DNA of 64,000 bases from Ranitomeya imitator (taxonomy: Eukaryota). The stretch covers positions 133,176,001 to 133,240,000 of the forward strand of contig NC_091290.1 in assembly GCF_032444005.1 (NCBI RefSeq). The letters are read 5' to 3'. Each line of letters starts with the position of its first letter. Position 1 is the stretch's first letter. The position numbers and the translations under genes were made by a program. The notes below the pieces were generated by a model. That model was not told where the DNA came from. It saw nothing but the letters and a program-made list of their open reading frames with translations, and ran no database searches. Below are positions 28,701 through 40,700 of the stretch, piece after piece.

Positions 28701-31700
28701 ACCCCTTTAAACAATCATATCTGGGGTCTGAGCCTCTTTACGCCTCAAGTTATACTCCTGTGGCCTTGTGAAAGGGTTAATAGCGCTCCTTACCTATACC
28801 CTCCAGTTTTCTCTGTGGACTGCGCTGGTGCGGCAGGTTTTGCAGGTCATCCACAGCAGGTTTATATGGTTCCTTTAGATCTTCGTGGTACAGCTTTTTT
28901 GAGACCCCCAGCACAGATGGCATCGCTGTGCTGTACATATCCATAACCTGGAGAAGAGATTCCTCCTGGGCAAACAACACCTGTCTGAGGGGAAAGGAGA
29001 CCATTAAAGCAAATCATTCATGGCTTACCTACCATGGGCCATCCGTCTAGGATGGTGCTCCCCAATACTACAAGGACCGAATTGTATTTATCAGGATAGG
29101 AACAGGCTGACGATCAATGGATTATCGCCGCTCCACGGTAAAGATGAGAACTGCCGGGGCCGGTGGTCTCCAGCGAAATGACCCTCATGTATCTATATTA
29201 AATGGAGCGACTGGTATAATTACCTGTATAAAGCGAGCAGCGGCGGCCACAGCGGGGGGAAGAAGCTGTCCTCCAAGCAGTCCAGGCAGGCGTCCTTCAC
29301 TTGTGGACTCGAAGGGAGATTCAGTGAGAACATGGCGCAAGAAAGCAACCGGTCTGGTGAAGAAAAAAAAAAGGGATTTCAAATTAATGCAATAAGCATC
29401 TGGATATAAACTGATCCCATAACTTCCCTTATGGATACATCATCAAATAACTGCTCCCTATTAGACCATTAGGTATGATCTGGAAATGCCCCCCCATACA
29501 CAGACATTTGAGGGGGCTACTTCCAACACATTCGGCTGTATATCACTTGCAGCCTATAGGGAAGGGTCTACGGTGTCCTGTGCTGCCCCCTTGTGTATAA
29601 ATATGGAATAACCCAAATTATAAAGGCTTTGTAAGTTTGGATAAGTTTCGTTTAACCCTATATCACCCACCTCTGGCATTGTGGATCTCAGTCACCACAA
29701 CGTTTAGGTGCTGGGACGGGGTCAGTCTTTGCAGGGCGTCTGGCACAGTCAGCGACGTGGGGGACAGCAGACATTCCAAGTCCTCAAAAGACGTCTCCAT
29801 GTCTTTCCTGCTGCGTCCTGTACTAAGCTCGGTACTAAGCTCGATGCTGCCGGAGTTTTCCCAGCTTTCCAGCCTGTCACCTATAGAGCGGCTGTGCTGA
29901 ATGGAGGGCCGGTGAGGGTTTGGGAGATACTGGAAACTTTTTGAGGATTTTAGCTGCGGCAGGCTGACGGCCGATCCAGCTCCATTATCAGCCTGGAGGG
30001 AACGACGGAAGAGTTTGGTGGCCGAGGTTTTCTTAGCGGCGTCCTTACTGATGACGGGATACAGGCGGCTGTAGATCTTGCACTGGAGATGGATCACTAA
30101 TTTGGTGAGTGGATGATCAGAGGAGCTGGGGTCAAAGGGAACAAAACGCAATTAGACCGGGTACAACAGGAGCGGGAAGTCACTTGTTGGCTTTCAAGTA
30201 GACTACAACTTTGCAAGTTGCAGACAAGTTGTGCAAAAGTTGTCCAAAAAGTCGCCATGCAGCCCCAGCCTAAACATTCAGGCCCTTCCCAATCCCCCCC
30301 ATCTCCAATACTGTGTGTATTACCTGAGGATTTGGCAGAGATAGCTGGAGACCGCGTCTACGTCTCCCGGGTTGTTCTTAATCTTCTCCTTATAGTCGGC
30401 CGGCCATCTCTAATGCACCACAACAACAACATTTAGGATCATAAAGTGGAAACGTATCTAGCGTCCTACAGTAACTCGCTCTCCTATAACGTCCCATAGC
30501 CACCGATGTGGCCGCCGCTCAATCTACAGCCCTCAAGAATGTTATTGTAACACTAAGAAGGAAATGTTGAGGAATGACGGAAGTCTCAGGATGGATAGAG
30601 GCATTACTGATAGACATCTAGTTTTATTCAGTATGGAGTGTGAGCCACGTGAAGAAATCCCAGAACTTACAGCCTCCATCACTGGGGTTATTAATGGTCA
30701 TCTGAGGAATCATCAAGATCCACTGCTGGCAGCTCCTGTGTAATCACCGACCAATGACGTCCCAAATATGCTCGATGGGAGACAAGGCTGGAGACACTGC
30801 AGCCGTAGTAGCACAATCAGGGCACACAGGCGCCTCACAGAGACACCAGCAACATGTGGCCTGTTCTGTTGTAAAATGGCCGCCCCACTGTGCTGTTAGT
30901 TACCTGGAAATAAGACTAGAGGGTTCCAAATACTGTGCATTATTGCACCCCACACCATAATCCCCGGGGGAGGGGAGGGGGGGGGGACCGACATTGCCTT
31001 TGACAAAAATATAATTGTTTTTAATGAAGTTAAAAATGAAAAATAATTTGAGGTTTGATAGTTTCCACCTTTAATCACTAGGGGGAGCAGCTGCTGAAAT
31101 TTGCCATGAAAACCTAGTGTACGTTACAACTCTACTGTGCTCCGGCCACTTCTATGGGAGCAATGGTGTAACATGTGACCCCCCGCTCCATCCACTTCTA
31201 TGGGGGCAGTGGTGTAACGTGTGACCCCCAGCTCCATCCACTTCTATGGGGGCAGTAGTATAATCCCGTTTCATCCACTTCTATGGGGGCAGTGATGAAA
31301 TATGTGACCTCACTCCATCCATATGACCTCTATGCATACACTACTTTACTACTCCCATAGAAGTGGACAAAGCAAGATCACACATTACACCAGTGCTCCC
31401 ACAGGTGATGGAAGGGGGGGCTCACACAATAGTTATCTCATAGAAGAAGACTGTGCGGGGGTGGGGTCACACACATTACACCAATGCTCCCATAGAAGTG
31501 GACGGAGCAGGGTCACATTAATTGCCCCCTAAAAAAAACAATTCCGTGGATATCTCATAACTTTGCAGCCCTTACAAAGTAATTTTTGTCCTATTGAACC
31601 CCCTAGATTCCCCATACAGTAGAATGGGCATTACATACACAGCTCTGCTGTATCAGTTTACAGTGATATAGCAGAGCTGTGTCAGTGTGATGATTTCTCT

Positions 31701-34700
31701 GCTGTGCTCTGAACATGGCGGCGACCTGCAGCCTTGTGTTGTATTACTGATGTCAGGTTGCCTTCACCTCCGCTCCCATCACTGCACCCCAGTGTGATCA
31801 GTGGCAGATTGTGCCCATCTCCTCCCTCAGTGGTGTCGTGGACAGCCCAGGGTGCGTGCCCAGGTCACAGCACAGGAGATGCGGTCAGACAGTGACCGCA
31901 GTCTCCTAGATACAGGGGCTGCAGTATTTCAGGTGTGTAAGTGTCGCACACACAGCAAACTAAAATGTTGCCTCTATTTTTCCATCATTTACAGCTCAGT
32001 ACCGCGTCTTTCCATCCTGTGATTTCCAGAATCCACAATTTTTCATTCTCGGTGTATAAAAGACAGAAACCATTGAGAGAGAGACGACTCACATAGTCCT
32101 GCTCGTATTCCAGCACGGCGGTGTACAGCTCCTTCTGCTCTTCCTCCGCCGGGGTCATCTGCTTTTCTTTGGTGAACAGTCTGCAGTCAAAACAGAAGCA
32201 GCTGAGGAAAAAGGAAACCACCCCCCCCATGGCGAGGCCTCAGGGATCTACCTGCCCGACCTGTCCTGCCGCCGCTGCCTGCGCTCCTCCGCTTTCCTCT
32301 GCAGCTGAGGCCGATGGTTAAGGATTTCTTTAGCGTTTCTTTGGCCTTTTACTTTAAAAGAAAAAAGTCAATGATTCAATTAGGAAATATAAACACAGCA
32401 AAAAAGAAAAAAAGACTAAAAAATAAACACCCTCCCTCCACCCAGAATGAAGGATACAGTGTCTTCTCGGGCCTTGGCTATTACCAGGTTCTCCATCATC
32501 TGTCTCTGCAGGGACAGTGTCTGGAAGAAAGAAACATAAAATTGTTTCCCAGAACTTTTATATTGATGACCGATCCATAATATGTCATCAATATAAGATT
32601 GATGGAGGTCCGACACACGGCACCCCCATAATCGGCTGTCCTGATCTCCAGCGGTGGCACTGTATACGGAGCGGAGCATTACAGCTCCATGCCACTGCCG
32701 GGTACTGCAGACATTGGAGTATTTCCCCCCACTTTATGGGGAATCAATGGGGTCCTTCAAGCAAGAAGCCCTCATATGTGAACAGGATAGAAAAAAGTCA
32801 AAGTAGAAAAATTGGCCGCAGCGAATATGGGTGGTCGGGCCATAGCATATCCCATCCATAGGATAGGTGATCAATATCAGTGGTGGTCTACCACCCCCAC
32901 CCATCAGAGCTGCACAATGGCAAGTGTAGTGGCCGCTCCCTCCTGAGTTCTGCAGCACCCAGGAGCGACTGCTACACATTGCATGGAGCCGGTGTCTAGA
33001 AAGGTAAAATATCTACCGATCGGCCACCATTTAACGACGCAAATTCGGCTGGTGAAAATTAAGGCCAAATCATCAATATAATATAAGGCATTAAATATAT
33101 AAAAATGGAGAAATCTAGAATAAAGCTTCTTACTGCAGAGACTGGAGGGGAATACTGCGGAGGAGCTGAAGTTCCAGCAGAACTGTATTCCTGGCTGTAT
33201 CTCCTGGGTCTGACCCTTTGTTTCTCTTTGAGAGATTTGTAAGGGTCCCAACAAGACCCCTCCACCCTCCTGGTCAGGTGAGAGGAGGACGGCTAATTAC
33301 ATGCAGGGGAAGTCTGTTTGCGGGACATTATTCTCATTTATGGCATAGTTTCCTGTAGGAACCTTCTGGGGGGAGAGTGTGACCGCCATGTTCCCGAGCA
33401 TACCTTTACCAGCGTAACGACACCAAACACGACCGGATCATAATTTAGACCAATATTAACTTTTTAGAGTTTACGAAAACCAAAAATCTAAAAAAATTTA
33501 AATCAGAGAAGCGATGAATCCTGATCATGGATATATCCGGGGATTAATAGGAACATGGATTATGACATGGAGATATTAGATTCCATTATCCTGTGCATGG
33601 AGGGGTCTGGAGACAGGAGGTCTACATCAGGTGCCCTCCACATCACCTGCCATTAGCATCTCTATACAGGACCACAGAGAGGACAATGGGCGTCTGTGGA
33701 GGATAATGTCCTCATCTCCATGTGACACACAGACTGTTGACAAACAAACCCAGAGTGTGAGGATTGGTCAGGGCTGGATTTGCTTTAGAATCCTCAGTGT
33801 TATGGGTTTTTTTGTTGATTTTTTTTTTCGCTAATGTGTGTGGAGGGGGATGTGCAGATCACTTTGAAGGAACTAGTTCCAAACTAGACAGTCCAAATCT
33901 GAAAAAAAAAGCAAAAAAAAAAAACACACCCGGGAAAAAAAAAAAAAAAAAAAAAGCATTTCTTGAAATGGTTTCCACTTCAAAAACTAAATTTTTGAGA
34001 AAAATACAAAAAAGTGGAATAATAGCATCCGAGACATCAGGACCTTTGGGTTTGGCCAGAGACTTATCGGTAATAAAGCTGTATGACAACCTGTGTGGTC
34101 ACCAGGGTAATGCACCCAGCTTTCTCAGAGTCCTGGGTGGCAAGTCTACACTACAGAGTCTGGGAAAGCTGGGTGGTGTCAGATCTGGCAGACCATATAA
34201 GCTTGTCACCCAGCTTTACCAGGAACAGAATATCTGAAAAACTATCTTTTGCTACTTGACAGGAGCATTATGGTCCCATCAGTAGCCCATGGCTGTCGCA
34301 GCAGAGCCCTGCAAACTTCAGGGGAGATGTAGTTCGGACATGTTCATTTTTGGACTGCCAACAGCTTTCTCAGTCTGTACTCGAGGTACGAGGCAGCTGC
34401 GGCCGCGGGTCTCCATACCTGGACTTGGCTGCCTCATATGCACCGATGTGGCTGTTATCTTTGCGTCTGAATACCCGCTTCATGGTGAAACCACAAATTT
34501 ACATTTTTCAGAGAAAAGAGGAGGGAATGAACATTTCCCCTAGTTCCTATTCACACAGTGTTATACGGCAATATCCATACAATTATAGTTAGTGTAAAAA
34601 AGCCAAAAACAATAAGGAAATAAAAGTGGATGATTTAAGTTCAAAATCTCCTTCCTTATGTAGGAGCTTATGGGTCTTGATGGACTGCCACAAATGTGGC

Positions 34701-37689
34701 ATTATCCAAACAAGAGGCTAGGAAGAAAGGAAAAAGAAAAAGTCTTCAAAAACTTCTACTGGGAGAGAAAACTGCCCCACCCACCCCAAGAAAAGGGAGA
34801 AAAACTTGTGTAATGCAGAATGCGCATCTCCTTACAGCTGGCTCTGTGGTGGTCTCAGTGACATGTTCCCCCCACCCTGACTCATCCAGGAAACATGTCC
34901 CATGGACGGCCAATCATTTTTTATAGAGCAGCCTAAATAAACCTAGATGCAGCCTAAATGTGGTTTAGAAACTGAAAACAAAAGGATAAACGATAGGGAA
35001 GGTGCAGTGAGCAGACGAGGAGGGAGGGCGCCATGACTTACGGGCGGACACACAGGTGTAGAGATGTGGACACACACACACAAGCTCAAGCATCGGGCAC
35101 ACACCTTTCCTCGGGCTCCCCCCTGTCTGCCCCATCGCCTTCTCCGGCTTCTTTTGCAGATACTCCTAGAAAGCTGGATGCTCAGGAATCATTCAATGCA
35201 AACTACACTGTGCCCTCCTGCCATGGGTCTGGCTGCTGATGATGGAGGGGGGATGGGAGCTCCCACCTGTGAAACTTCTAATTATCTGTATGGGCTCATT
35301 AACCTGTCGGTGGAGGCTGCAAGCCCCGATACACACAATGTAGTAACATAGTTAGGGTTGAAGGAAGACTTTAAGTCCATCTAGTTCAACCCAAAGCCTA
35401 ACCTAACATGCCCTAACATGTTGATCCAGAGGAAGGCAAAAAAAACCCATGTGGCAAATAGTAAGCTCCACATTGGGGAAAAAAATTCCTTCCCGACTCC
35501 ACATACGGCAATCAGACTAGTTCCCTAGATCAACGCCCTATCAAGGAATCTAGTGTATATACCCTGTAACATTATACTTTTCCAGAAATGTATCCAGTCC
35601 CCTCTTAAAGGGACTCTGTCACCTGAATTTGGCGGGACTGGTTTTGGGTCATATCGGCGGAGTTTTCGGGTGTTTGATTCACCCTTTCCTTACCCGCTGG
35701 CTGCATGCTGGCTGCAATATTGGATTAAGGTTCATTCTCTGTCCTCCATAGTACACGCCTGCGCAAGGCAAGATTGCCTTGTGCAGGCGTGTACTATGGA
35801 GGACAGAGAATGAACTTCAATCCAATATTGCAGCCAGCATGCAGCCAGCGGGTAAGGAAAGGGTGAATCAAACACCCGAAAACTCCGCCCATATGACCCA
35901 AAACCAGTCCCGCCAAATTCAGGTGACAGGTTCCCTTTAAATGTAAGTAATGAATCCCTCATTACAACATGATACGGCAGAGAGTTCCATAGTCTCACTG
36001 CTCTTACAGTAAAGAATCCCCGTCTGTTATTATGCTTAAACCTTCTTTCCTCCATTGCAGACCCCCCAGTCCTCTAATATCCTTGGTCGCTCTTCTCTGC
36101 ACCCGCTCTAGTTCAGCTATGTCTTTCTTATACACCGGAGACCAGAACTGTGCACAGTATTCTAAGTGTGGTCGAACTAGTGACTTGTATAGAGGTAAAA
36201 TTATGTTCCCCTCATGAGCATCTATGCCTCTTTTAATGCATCCCATTATTTTATTTGCCTTTGTAGCAGCTGCCTGACACTGGCCACTGAACATGAGTTT
36301 GTCATCCACCCATACACCCAGGTCTTTTTCATTGACTGTTTTGCCCAGAGTTTAAGGCTATGTGCACACGATGCGGATTTTGCTGTGGATCCGCAGCAGT
36401 TTCCCATGAGTTTACAGAACAATGTAAACCTATGGGAAACCAAAAACGCTGTGCCCATGCTGCGGAAAAAAACACGCGGAAACACAGCGCTTTATTTTCC
36501 GCAGCATGTCAATTTTTTGTGCGGAATCCGCAGCGTTTTTACATCTGCTCCAATACAAAACTGCAGATGTAAATCCGCAGCGGAATCTGCAATAGAAAAC
36601 ACGATAAATCCGCAGGAAAAACCACAACGGTTTTGCCCTGCGGATTTCAGAAATCCGCTGCGGAAAAAACCGCATAGGAGCTTTCTGCGTGTGCACATAC
36701 CCTTAGAATAAAGCCCATAGTTATACATCTTTTATTACTTCTCCCCAAGTGCATGACCTTACATTTATCCCCATTAAAGCTCATTTGCCATTTATCAGCA
36801 CAAGCTTCGAGTTTACATAAATCATCCTGTAATATAAAATTGTCCTCCCCTGTATTGATTACCCTGCAGAGTAGGGTGTGAGGTTATTCCTCTTCAGATA
36901 CTCCAGTATAGCATCCCTTAGAATGCCCTCCAGGATTTTACCCACAGTAGAGGTTAAGCTTACTGGCCTATAATTTCCGAGTTCAGTTTTTGTCCCCTTT
37001 TTGAATATTGGCACCACGTTTGCTATACGCCAGTCCTGTGGTACAGACCTTGTTATTATGGAGTCTTTAAAGATTAAAAATAATGGTCTATTAATGACTG
37101 CACTTAATTCCTGCAGTACTCGAGGGTGTATCCCATCCGGGCCCGGAGATTTGTCAATTTCTCTATCGCCTTTCATTGGGGGACACAGGAACCATGGGTG
37201 TATGCTGCTGCCACTAGGAGGCTGACACTATGCAAATAAAAAGTTAGCTCCTCCTCTGCAGTGTACACCCCACCGACAGGAAGTAGGATCTTCAGTTTAG
37301 CTTAGTGTCAGTAGGAGGTGGACACAGGTCTTTCATTAGACCCTTATCTACCTCAATGTGCGTCGTTTCCTTTCAGGTTTTTCCGGAGGGATACAGGGTG
37401 AACAGTCACACCTGTAGTCCCACTATGCGGACTATGAGTACGGCGTGTACTGCCACCCCGTATCCTCATAGATCCCTCTCCAGGACCAAGATCCTAGCAC
37501 ACAAGCGTGCTCAGAAGTCCGGTCCTGGCCCCGTCCCCCACCCACTCGCCCACCAGAGCCTGTCGGTCGGAGGAGACGAGGACGTCCATCAGCTCCGTGG
37601 ACATCTCATTCCTTCCAGGTTAGTACCGGCGGGGGATGTTTAGGTGAGTATTTTCCCGCCCACCCTGTGGCCTCCCTGGATCCCAGAAA

Positions 37690-37723
<34 letters not shown>

Positions 37724-40700
37724 GATTTAGGGGGTTTTCTGATGCGAATCGCATCTCTTTTCAGCCGCGCCACTTCCGTGGAGGCGGCCTCCCTGTCCCG
37801 GCGCGGCTGCCTTTACGGACCACCGCGCCGCTTCTTGTCCAGGCACGCTATGTGCGTGGCCTTGCTCAGGGGGGGGGGGGGGGACATTTCCGCCTCGGGT
37901 CCTGCAGGCTTCCTAGCCCCAGCTTCAGCGCGGTGGCTTCGGCCCTCAGTGGCTCCCCTGCTCCGGCCGCTGTTTGCGGCCGTTCATTTCTTTTCTGCGT
38001 GGTGGCTTTGCGTCGCATCGCTCTGGCCGCTGTATGCGGCCGTTCTTTTCAGCGCGGCGGCTTCCCAGCCGCCACATCGCTTCGGCCCTCTCTGGCTTCC
38101 CTGCTCCGGCCGCTGTATGCGGCCGTTCATTTCTTTTTAGCGCGGCGGCTTTGCCGGCCGCCGCATCGCTTCGGGCCCCCTGCAGCTGCGTCCCTCTGGC
38201 CGCTTACAGTGCCGCTCATCCTCATCCTCCCTCAGCGCGGCGGCTTGTCAGACCGCCACACCGCTTGGGACCTGCGGCTGCGCTACTCCCGCCGCTGTAG
38301 GCGGCCGCTCACCATCGCCTTCTGCGGCGCACTGTTCTCCGCTGCGGCCCTTCCATGCCGGTCACCGATCGCTAATTTAGGCCCCGGCTTCTGCCTGGGC
38401 CTATTTCCGGTGCCGGACTCCGCCCCCTTTCCTTGTTTCGTCGGGCGGGCTTTTCTCCCGCCCGACAATTTCACTGAGAACCGCCTTTTCTCCTCCCACC
38501 GGCGCCATCTTGGGACTCCTAAACCACGAGTCCCCTCCTCCGGAACAAGAGAGTGATATAGTAAGGTGTGCAGGCTTGCAAACAGAGAGCTGTGAGTTCG
38601 AACCCCAGCAATGAAAGTTAATTTTAAGCAACGCAGATCGATCAAGATTACGGCAGCAGGCCTTACCACTCTCCTGCCTAAGGGTCTATTTCTCGCCGGA
38701 GGTCCATACCATCTAGCCGGACAGCTTCCTCCGGATTTCGTCTGCCGTAAGTAGCTCTGCACCGCAGACTGACACTCCGCTATGTCTGTCCTGCAGCAAC
38801 CCGATTGTTCCCACCGCCCAGGATCCCCCAGCCGATCCGCCCCAGAGTGATACCCATCCCAGGCTGGGCCTCCTCTCTGTCTCAATCGGTGGCCAATTTA
38901 ACAGGGGTGTCTCAAACCCTGGTTTCCGTGCTGGATCGGTTACCCCTGCAGACCCCCGCAGTAGCCACCGGGTCGCAGGAAGCTCCGTCCAAGCCTTCCA
39001 AGGCTAGCTGCAAAAGGTCCAGACAGGAACGCCGGTCTGAGTCCTCTTCTCGCTCCATCTCGCCACTCGTCCTCCTCTGCGGTCGGCGTCCTCCCGATCC
39101 TCCTCCGCTGAGTCAGGCGAGGCTTCTCTGATGCGCCTTCGGAGGATAATTTGGGGCCGGATTCGAACCAAATCGCTAACATGAGGGATATGGTTCAAAG
39201 CCTCATTGGAGCGACCAATCAGACCTGTGGCATCGAAGATTCCTCTACGAAACCCGCAGATCAGGCGGTTTCGTTTAGACGGTCTAAACTACCTCCCAAG
39301 GTATTTGCTCCTCATCCTGAATTCGAGGAGCTTCTGGCCAGAGAGAGCGAATTCGACCAGACGTTCTCAAAGAGACAATCGTCTTGGAGTCTCATATCTC
39401 TTTCCTCCGAATCTCATTGCCAACCGGAATGAGAGGCGTTAGAGAACGACCTCTCCCCCTGTGGATCCGTCGGCTGCTAGACTTGCCGCCAACACAGTCC
39501 TTACGCTGTCCGGTGGGCAGCTCTGAAAGATTCCATCGATTGGATCATGGAATCCTTCGTGAAGTCGGCTTTCGAAACTGCCGCATCATCCCAATGCCCG
39601 GCTTTGGCTTCCTCATGGGTTTCGAAGTCTGTATTTGAGGGGCTAAACAACTCCGGAGCTCCGTCAGGCCGGCTGGCGGAACTTGCCACCCAGATCACTC
39701 ATGCCGGGGAATAATTTGTTCCCGGGACGTCGCGTCTTCTGCCGCACGGGCGCCCAGTAATGTCGTTGCCAGCTGTCGCACTGTTTGACTCAAGAGTCAT
39801 TGAAGAAGTCCCTCACGAGCCTGCCTTTTCAAGGTTCACGTCCTTTCGGTTCCAAGCTGGACCAAATTATTAAGGACGCCACTGGTGGCACCAGTCTTCT
39901 TCTCCAGACCTCACCTACTTCCCCTTAGGCGGCTACTTTGGTCTTTTCGACCTTTCTCGTAGTTTTGCGGCATCAGATTCTTCTTCGCAACTGCAGAGGC
40001 CACAGGCATGTTAAGAGAAGAAGGTATTCTTCGGCTCACTCTTTCCTGGCGTGCCTGCTACTCCTAAGGTGGATTCTCCAGGTCCAGTACTGGAAGTTCC
40101 ACCTAGGCATGACCCACAGCTAGACCCCAGCCCGTTTCTCAGACTGGGCAACCGTCTCCTGTTCCTCAGGGACGTCTGGGTCTCCTCAGCAGAGGTCGCA
40201 TGGGCCAGGGCACCTGTTCCCTCTAGACACAAAATCTTCATTTCACGGTCCTGGGATCGTTTTCTTCAAATCCCAACCTACGAGAGACCCCGCTCTAGTC
40301 CCGGGTTTTCTTTACTGCCATTGTTTCCCTCCTTAAATCCGGAGTAATCGTTCCCGTCCCAGAACAGGAACGGTTCACAGGCTTCTCTTCGAATCTTTTT
40401 CTACTGACAGAGAACGACAAGGTTCGTCCCAGTCCGGATCTCAATTTGCTGAACAAGAAGTTTCGTCGGAGACACTTCAGGACGATATCCCCTCGTTCAG
40501 TAATCGCTTCCATGGAGGCTCAGGAATTTCGGTTTCAGGCTCCCGAAAGTCTATCCATCTTTCCCGACATTCTAACTGTTGCGGGTGGCTCCTCAACAGG
40601 AAGAAGTTCCGTCTTGTTCAGCGCCTCGTATCTCCGGGCATGTTCTTCGACACTTGTCGGACCAGAGTCTTCCTTCCCGAAGACAAGATATCCCTCCGTT

